Positions 29,537 to 35,241 of a stretch of 39,263 nucleotides of DNA are shown here, in pieces; within the stretch, counting starts at the first letter, position 1; every line of letters begins with the position of its first letter. A program made the position numbers and the translations under genes. Origin of the DNA: Candidatus Woesearchaeota archaeon. GTDB lineage: Archaea; Nanobdellota; Nanobdellia; Woesearchaeales; JACPBO01. Under the pieces are notes generated by a model. It was not told the DNA's origin. It ran no database searches and saw nothing but the letters and a program-made list of their open reading frames with translations. The stretch lies in contig JACPBO010000004.1 of NCBI GenBank assembly GCA_016180285.1, positions 1 to 39,263 of the forward strand. The letters run 5' to 3'.

Positions 29537-31383
29537 ACTCTCACCTCTACTGTTGTAGGGCCCCATAAGCTCGGAACATTGCCTACGCTTATTGTCTCGT
29601 TGTTTATTTCAACAGCGCTGACGCTGGCGCCTAAAATAGACCTCAGCCTGGTGGTTGCATCAGCTACAGCTTCCTCTTCTGTTGCAAATGTGCTGCCATA
29701 TCCTACAAGTGAAGGGACAAAGATCTTATAGCTAAACAAAGTTTCATTTAAAATATAGCAGATGGGGCAGACATCAGACAGGCTTATTGCATTTGTCCCA
29801 TTAAACAGGTAATTAGGGTCAATGTAAAGCGAGGATGGCGTTGCATCAGGCATCGGAGTCTTGAAAATCTGATGGCCGTTCACTATCGCAGTTATATTCC
29901 TGCTCTCAAGCTCAACAAGCCCAACAGCCGCATCAACTACAGAGTCGCCGTCAAAATATTTCTGATACAGGACATTTGTGCTTTTTTGCGTCATGAACTT
30001 TTCAGCAACCAGCAGATCTATCTTGCCATACTGCAGCTTTTGGTCATTCAGGTCATAGCTGTATTCTACATAAGATGACTGCTCGGGGTCTTCTTCCGGA
30101 TCAGAATAAAGCACAGTGCTGTCATCGCCCCAGAAATCATTGTCCGGGAAGCAATTTAAGTAAACAGCAATAGTGTTTGTTCCGTAGCTTAAGTTGCTTG
30201 TTATGTTGTATGTTTTTTCAAAATCGCAGTTATTGCCTGTATTGCATGGCGGATCAGTTAAATCAAGCGTTTTATTATTTATGTAAACCTGTATGTTGTC
30301 TTTGTTGTCTTTGTTGTATATGCTTTTCCCATGCAGATAAAGCGTTGCGCTCCTGAAGCCCATATATTCCGGCTTCAGCAATGGCATTATTGCCCATGCG
30401 CAGCTTTCCAGCTGGCCATGAGCCTGGCTTTCTATGTTGTCAAAATAAACTTTTTTTGTGACTTCTTTGCTCACGCTTCCAATGTAATCTGTCTGGTAGC
30501 CCACAATAAGGTGCGTTCCTGGATGAAGATGCGTATGCCACTGCGCCTGCGCATCCAATGTTACCCTTATTTCATTCCATCCAGCATTCAGGCAGCTTAT
30601 TGGAATTTCTTTCATTCCGAAAAACATATGCGTGTCAGGGGTTGTTCCGGCATCCTGGTAATCGAGCTGTATAAAATCATCCTTGCTGTATTCGCAATCG
30701 TCATCATTGTTTATCTCTACCTTATTTTGGTTTGACTGGCTTGTTCCGTAATGCATTGACCAGTAGAAAGTTGCGTTTTTTATATTGGTTGAATTCAGGT
30801 AAATCTTTTTCGTGATGAAAACCTTGTCTGTTGAATGCGCGCTTCCTTCCGGCTCGAATGTAAAGACTTCAGTAACATTCTTTCTGACTTTTGTTGCAGT
30901 TGCCCTTGCATTATACCCCTTTATTGCAACGTTTTTTGCAATCCCTGAAATAATCTTCTTTGCGCTTACCAGGCTCACGCTGTAATTTGCCGTTCTGTTA
31001 TAAATCCTCTCTCCGCCTATATAAAGCTCATATCCAGTATTATTTTCAATAAAGCTGTCTATTATATTTTTTGTCAGGTTTGCAGCTTTGCCGCTTTTGT
31101 TTGCAGACCAAAGCTCGCCGATCTGTTCTATTATGCTGCTGTTTAAGTCGCTTACATCATTGCCTGCAATCAGGCTCTGCACATAAGTGTTGTTGTCCTT
31201 GATTTCGTAAATCTTCAGTTCAGACAATGCATTCAGCAGGTCATACGGCAAGTTTTCAGCAGAGCTTTTCGGAATGTCGCGGATGTAAAAAGACGATGCT
31301 ATTATTATGCCAAGGATAATTATGCTTGAGCACATCACAGCATCTATTGTGAAAAATATTCCCTTCTTCCTTTTTAATTCCAT
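29527..31383 (-). CDS. Large pilin-like/tip adhesin with class III signal peptide
   Basis: MELKRKKG/IFFTIDA; C-terminal WGP..VEVRVW. Confidence 0.8.
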   Translation of the reverse strand: MELKRKKGIFFTIDAVMCSSIIILGIIIASSFYIRDIPKSSAENLPYDLLNALSELKIYEIKDNNTYVQSLIAGNDVSDLNSSIIEQIGELWSANKSGKAANLTKNIIDSFIENNTGYELYIGGERIYNRTANYSVSLVSAKKIISGIAKNVAIKGYNARATATKVRKNVTEVFTFEPEGSAHSTDKVFITKKIYLNSTNIKNATFYWSMHYGTSQSNQNKVEINNDDDCEYSKDDFIQLDYQDAGTTPDTHMFFGMKEIPISCLNAGWNEIRVTLDAQAQWHTHLHPGTHLIVGYQTDYIGSVSKEVTKKVYFDNIESQAHGQLESCAWAIMPLLKPEYMGFRSATLYLHGKSIYNKDNKDNIQVYINNKTLDLTDPPCNTGNNCDFEKTYNITSNLSYGTNTIAVYLNCFPDNDFWGDDSTVLYSDPEEDPEQSSYVEYSYDLNDQKLQYGKIDLLVAEKFMTQKSTNVLYQKYFDGDSVVDAAVGLVELESRNITAIVNGHQIFKTPMPDATPSSLYIDPNYLFNGTNAISLSDVCPICYILNETLFSYKIFVPSLVGYGSTFATEEEAVADATTRLRSILGASVSAVEINNETISVGNVPSLWGPTTVEVRVWR

Positions 31384-31931
31384 GAATAAACCACCATTTT
31401 CAATAAGCTCGAATTATAAAGCACAATCCTTTCAACTTTTGCAATATTTTTTGCCATCGCATTGCTTATATTTATCAGGCACTTTGCGTTTCCAACAGCC
31501 CATGGCCCCGTTATATTTACAACCTCAATATTCACTTGCGGGCTGCCAATTCCGCATGTTGCATTAAGCCTAGGAGCATTTCCGTATTTATCCTCAAAAA
31601 AAACAAAGTAATCGCTGCTTGTTCCCAAAAGAAATTTTGACCTGCTGTAATCCAGCGCAGCAAATGAGTTTATCTTGTTCTGGATCAGCCTGTAATTTCC
31701 ATCTGTAATGCCTATCCTGTTGACATCGAATGTGCTCCAGTTTGCAGGATACCCTTCCTCTATCAGGGATGATGAAATTGCCTTGGCATCGAGCAGCAGG
31801 TCCTTTATTGCATTCTTATTTTCAACAGATATATTCCCCGCATACTGATAGTAAATGATCATAGTTATTGAAAAAAGCGCAATAGCTATCATAAAATCCC
31901 CATACCAGCTCTGCGCTTTTCTGTTATTCAT
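31374..31931 (-). CDS. Pilin-like protein
   Basis: RKA/QSWYGDFMIA; EGYPANW. Confidence 0.8.
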   Translation of the reverse strand: MNNRKAQSWYGDFMIAIALFSITMIIYYQYAGNISVENKNAIKDLLLDAKAISSSLIEEGYPANWSTFDVNRIGITDGNYRLIQNKINSFAALDYSRSKFLLGTSSDYFVFFEDKYGNAPRLNATCGIGSPQVNIEVVNITGPWAVGNAKCLINISNAMAKNIAKVERIVLYNSSLLKMVVYSWN

Positions 31932-31933
31932 GT

Positions 31934-32323
31934 TTAATTTATCTGAACTATTCCACCAGTCTTTTTTATCGTATTGTTTCCTTTGGCCAATGTTCCATTT
32001 GCATCAGGAAGCTGAAGCACATAATCATAATTATCAGACTGCGCAATAAGCGTTCTTCCGGTTATTGAAATATTATAGTCTGATGTCTCAAGCCTTTCCG
32101 GAATGTCAAATGTTCTCATATACCCGTCATTAACAATAGAAGCCAGCACAATCTCGTTCTGGACCTTATATGCAACATCCTTCAGCAGGATGAACTCTTT
32201 CTCTGTATTGAATTCCTTCATTTTTTCTATTGAAGAAGCAAGGAATATCAGCAGCATAATGAATCCAATGCCTACAAAAACAATGAATTCAACAGACACC
32301 TGGGCTTTTATGTTCCGACCCAT
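31934..32323 (-). CDS. Pilin-like protein
   Basis: KA/QVSVEFI class III signal. Confidence 0.85.
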   Translation of the reverse strand: MGRNIKAQVSVEFIVFVGIGFIMLLIFLASSIEKMKEFNTEKEFILLKDVAYKVQNEIVLASIVNDGYMRTFDIPERLETSDYNISITGRTLIAQSDNYDYVLQLPDANGTLAKGNNTIKKTGGIVQIN

Positions 32324-32715
32324 ACATAATCCCCCCTCGCTTCAACAACAATGAACTTTATTCCCTGGCTGCTGTCTACGCTGCCCATCATATTTGTGGC
32401 TGCAACTGATGTTACATCTGTTATGCCGTTTGCAGTTGCGACCTTGAACCTTACTTCTCTTCCGCTGAAGCTAATCTCCTTGACATTTTCAGGCATATAA
32501 AGCTTCAATGTCATCTTTGATGGCTCTCCCAGGTAATAAACAGAATCAGCAGCATCAGTTATCTTTTTTGCGATCTGGTCAGCCTCACCTGTAACAACCT
32601 GGTCTTTTGTGGAAATGCCCTGCTTGTAGAATATGACTATCAGTGGGATCAGCACAAGTGCAACAAAGCCGATTATTATCATGTATTCTGTGCTGGCCTG
32701 CCCTCTTTTTTTCAT
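32308..32715 (-). CDS. Pilin-like protein
   Basis: KKRG/QASTEYM class III signal; GAGGTG RBS; BRE/TATA at about 32748-32766. Confidence 0.87.
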   Translation of the reverse strand: MKKRGQASTEYMIIIGFVALVLIPLIVIFYKQGISTKDQVVTGEADQIAKKITDAADSVYYLGEPSKMTLKLYMPENVKEISFSGREVRFKVATANGITDVTSVAATNMMGSVDSSQGIKFIVVEARGDYVWVGT

Positions 32716-32833
32716 GAAACACCTCTGTCAATACTCTCTTTAACTTTTTTAATAAAGCTTTCGGTTTTGAGGAGCTCAGGCATTAAGTCTGGCAGTGTTA
32801 TTCACAGAAAGGATATTCATAAAAAATAAAGAT

Positions 32834-33106
32834 AAATTGCCAACAGCTAAGAAGGAAAAGCACAGGTATATGAGCTTTAAGCTGTGATCCTTTAACAATG
32901 ATCTTTAAGCTTTTATCTCTAAGGCATCACATCCCATCATTGCCCATTTTAGTATGGTGTTTGTGTACAGCATTTATCCTATACGCAAATAAAAAATCCT
33001 CTCGGATTTTTTAAGCCTCAAACTTGTTCCAAGTTTGAGCAATCATAGATTTGGCATAAGACAAATCCTGCACGCCCATGCTTACCCTCAAAACTGCCGG
33101 CAATCT
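32834..33106 (-). ncRNA. Candidate ~270-nt structured RNA downstream of the DIP1984-family gene
   Basis: 5' and 3' ends pair over about 30 bp with many G-U pairs (minus strand only); internal hairpins at 33017-33039 and 32990-33013 (GAGA loop). Confidence 0.72.
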
Positions 33107-33128
33107 TACCTATCTGAGATAGATAAGC

Positions 33129-33587
33129 TTAATCGCGTAATTGAGTTGTCCAGTTTGCCATCTGTATTTTATTATCAAGCTGGACTTTTTCAATCTCCAA
33201 CTTTTCTATTTCGTCCTCTATTTTAAGTTCATCTAGTTGAGCTACCATTTCTTTCTCATCTTTGTCTCTAAAGATATAGCTCCTTCTTTTCTCAAATAAA
33301 GAGCTTAAATGAGCCAGCTTGCTTCGCATATCATTAACTTTAACTATTGCTTCAGCCAATGTTATCTTTTCTCCATTAACTGCTGTATCTAAGTTTGTTT
33401 TTTGCACCTTAATTTTTAGCTTCCTGATTTCTTCAATTTTCTCGTCTATCTCATCAGACAGCTTTTTTGGGTCAAATTTTGTTTTTTTGCCTTCTTCTGC
33501 ATAGATGTTTTCTTTTCTCAGCAATATTAGTCTTGCTAATTTGCTTTTTTCTTTCTTTAATTTGCTTAACGCTTCACCAAGTTTCAT
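33129..33587 (-). CDS. DIP1984-family (septicolysin-like/DUF6847) helical protein
   Basis: MKLGEAL...KIKVQKTN...ITLAEAI...LDNKIQMANWTTQL. ATG 33587 follows a GAGGA RBS (track start 33602). Confidence 0.82.
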   Translation of the reverse strand: MKLGEALSKLKKEKSKLARLILLRKENIYAEEGKKTKFDPKKLSDEIDEKIEEIRKLKIKVQKTNLDTAVNGEKITLAEAIVKVNDMRSKLAHLSSLFEKRRSYIFRDKDEKEMVAQLDELKIEDEIEKLEIEKVQLDNKIQMANWTTQLRD

Positions 33588-33591
33588 ATTA

Positions 33592-33843
33592 TCAGTCCTC
33601 ATCTATTTTCTCTACAAAACCATACATTGTTTTTTTCACAAATCTTATAATAAACCCGTTTTTATCAACAATTTTGAATATTGCAACATCGCCAATCTTA
33701 ATATGATACGCTTTAACAATATCGTCTGGTATAGGCATTATCAAATCGCCATTCTTTGCTTTTCTAATGGCAACGATATAGCGTCTCTTTAGCTTGAATC
33801 TTTTATCGCGCTCTCTGTAAGGTATTAGTTGAACTTTTTTCAT
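33592..33843 (-). CDS. AbrB/MazE/SpoVT-like DNA-binding protein
   Basis: NGDLIMPIPDDIVKAYHIKIGDVAIF pattern. Confidence 0.7.
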   Translation of the reverse strand: MKKVQLIPYRERDKRFKLKRRYIVAIRKAKNGDLIMPIPDDIVKAYHIKIGDVAIFKIVDKNGFIIRFVKKTMYGFVEKIDED

Positions 33844-33888
33844 TTAATTTTCTCATTACCACTAACAACTCATTTAAATAGCCAGTAC

Positions 33889-33916
33889 GTATGTTTTTAC
33901 ACCCACAAAAACATAC
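33889..33916. promoter_or_regulatory. Inverted repeat between two TATA-like boxes, probable operator
   Basis: GTATGTTTTT-N8-AAAAACATAC; TTTAAATA at 33873 and 33925. Confidence 0.5.
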
Positions 33917-33964
33917 ACGTAACATTTAAATATTGGTTGTGTTTTATAGCGTATATTACTAGTG

Positions 33965-34065
33965 CGGTGCGGCTGGGATTTGCACCTTTTTAGGTTTTGA
34001 ACCCAGATTCCCTGTCAGGAAGATACCTTTCAAGTATCCTCCATACCAAATTAGGCGACCGCACC
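33965..34065 (-). tRNA. Atypical type II tRNA, anticodon GAA, 17-nt intron at 59/60 (33979-33995)
   Basis: GGTGCGG/CCGCACC acceptor, G73, anticodon stem GATAC/GTATC with loop TTGAAAG, V-arm TTCCT-GACA-GGGAA, T stem CTGGG/CCCAG, and a relaxed BHB whose removal restores TTCAAAT. Confidence 0.8.
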
Positions 34066-34081
34066 TTTACACTTTATAACT

Positions 34082-34143
34082 AATTAAACTCGAATCTATC
34101 CGTGAGTCAGACAGATGCTCTTTCCAAACTAAGCTACACGCCC
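34082..34143 (-). pseudogene. 5' two-thirds of a tRNA-like sequence (anticodon position GAC)
   Basis: GGGCGTG-TA-GCTT AGTTTGGAAA GAGC-A-TCTGT CTGACTC ACGGA-TAGAT-TCGAG TTTAAT. No 3' T-stem or acceptor strand follows. Confidence 0.6.
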
Positions 34144-34341
34144 TTTACACTTCTCTTTTTGATCTAAATATGCTAAAATAACTGGTCGGTTATCTCCGTC
34201 TTTAGCCAAATAACAGTACAATGCCTGGCCTTTTTCCAAGCCACATCCAATCGCGACTAACTTGTTGATAGAAATACTCAAAGTAGATCTTTTTTGAGTT
34301 ATCTTGCTTTTCCAGCCTATGTTTTGGAAAGTTATTTTCAT
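34129..34341 (-). CDS. Small AbrB-like protein inside the tRNA array
   Basis: KITQKRSTLSISINKLVAIGCGLEKGQALYCY resembles the AbrB swapped-hairpin pattern; ATG 34341 (or TTG 34347). Confidence 0.55.
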   Translation of the reverse strand: MKITFQNIGWKSKITQKRSTLSISINKLVAIGCGLEKGQALYCYLAKDGDNRPVILAYLDQKEKCKGRVA

Positions 34342-34359
34342 TTTCAATTATATTTACGG

Positions 34360-34478
34360 CGCCGAGGGAGGGATTTTCAGCAACCCCTACAGTTAGCATT
34401 TGAACCCTCATAGCGTTGTGGGTTAACGCTAACTGGATCATAAGTCCAGCGTCTTAAGTCAGACTCGACCACCTCGGC
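34360..34478 (-). tRNA. Atypical type II tRNA, anticodon TAT, 25-nt intron at 59/60 (34374-34398)
   Basis: GCCGAGG/CCTCGGC acceptor, G73, CTGGA-CTTATGA-TCCAG, 7-bp V-arm TAGCGTT/AACGCTA, GAGGG/CCCTC T stem, and a strict BHB (TTCA/TGAA helix, AAT bulges). Confidence 0.85.
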
Positions 34479-34518
34479 TTTACCGATAATTTTATATATT
34501 AGTTGAACAATACTTTCT

Positions 34519-34578
34519 TTGTGGGTTAACGCTAATTGTTTCAAGTCTAGTGTCTTGGCCATTCTCGGCCACTTTACT
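34519..34578 (-). pseudogene. Decayed paralog of the neighbouring tRNA with a Ser (TGA) anticodon loop
   Basis: GTGGCCGAGAATGGCCAAGAC-A-CTAGA-CTTGAAA, then 17 nt identical to the V-arm of the 34360-34478 tRNA. Confidence 0.6.
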
Positions 34579-34600
34579 TTTCGTTTTTTATATGTCATGC

Positions 34601-34667
34601 GGTAATTTAGTAATTACCATAGTTGGTAACCAATATAGAGAACAATAAATATATAAATCTTTCGGTT
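34601..34667 (-). promoter_or_regulatory. Promoter plus overlapping operator palindromes of the tRNA-array unit
   Basis: AACCGAAAGATTTATATA 34650-34667; GGTAATT-TAGT-AATTACC (34601-34618) and TTACCA-TAGT-TGGTAA (34614-34629) lie over the expected start site. Confidence 0.7.
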
Positions 34668-34671
34668 CTTA

Positions 34672-35127
34672 ATGATGGTTATGGAAATGCACCCGGCAAA
34701 AAGAGAAAAAATAATACACAGCAGGATTATTGAGTTTCTTAAAAATAACCCTAAGGGTTTGACTATGACTCATATAGTTAGGGGCACGAGGTTCTCCAGA
34801 AAAGCCATTGAAAAGCATTTGGAGATGCTTATTCTTGAGAATGAGATTTATATGAAGCAATTTGGAGTTACAAAAGTTTATTATCCCAACCACAGAATTC
34901 GGCACCTTGATTTTGAAAAGCTGGATTACAGCAATAGGACAATATGGTTTGATATTCTAGAGAATGAATTTGGAAGGTATCTTTTAATACAGAAAAATAA
35001 AAAAGTTGAAAATGAATGGGTTCATGAGCATTCCATCACCATACCTTTAGAGCAGAGCGAAGAATTCCTGAAAGTTTTAGGCAGGATGTTGCACTCGCAG
35101 AGAATGGAGAGATTAATTAACAGATAA
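34672..35127 (+). CDS. wHTH regulator fused to a PUR/DUF3276-like nucleic-acid-binding domain
   Basis: IIEFLKNNPKGLTMTHIVRGTRFSRKAIEKHLEML (wHTH); RTIWFDILENEFGRYLLIQK...SITIPLEQSEEFLKVL (PUR-repeat-like). Exact start ATG uncertain (34672/34675/34681). Confidence 0.72.
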   Translation: MMVMEMHPAKREKIIHSRIIEFLKNNPKGLTMTHIVRGTRFSRKAIEKHLEMLILENEIYMKQFGVTKVYYPNHRIRHLDFEKLDYSNRTIWFDILENEFGRYLLIQKNKKVENEWVHEHSITIPLEQSEEFLKVLGRMLHSQRMERLINR

Positions 35128-35241
35128 ATATCTTTTGCTAAAACCCGCCAGCCACATTTTAAGTAATAACTGCAGCAATATAGAAATTTATATAAACCAA
35201 GAGTGATTTAGTCAAGGAATAATGCATATCGGGGTGGTCTG

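Noticed and set aside
19881..32715. Archaellum operon
   Set aside because: No archaellin signature or ArlF/G seen; two separate TadB/TadC-like genes fit a pilus.
33965..34478. tRNA-Sec or tRNA-Pyl
   Set aside because: Anticodons are not TCA or CTA, and both have standard 7/5 acceptor/T stems.
34202..34598. Track ORFs 34202-34441 and 34377-34598
   Set aside because: They overlap a well-formed tRNA and have no recognisable protein features.
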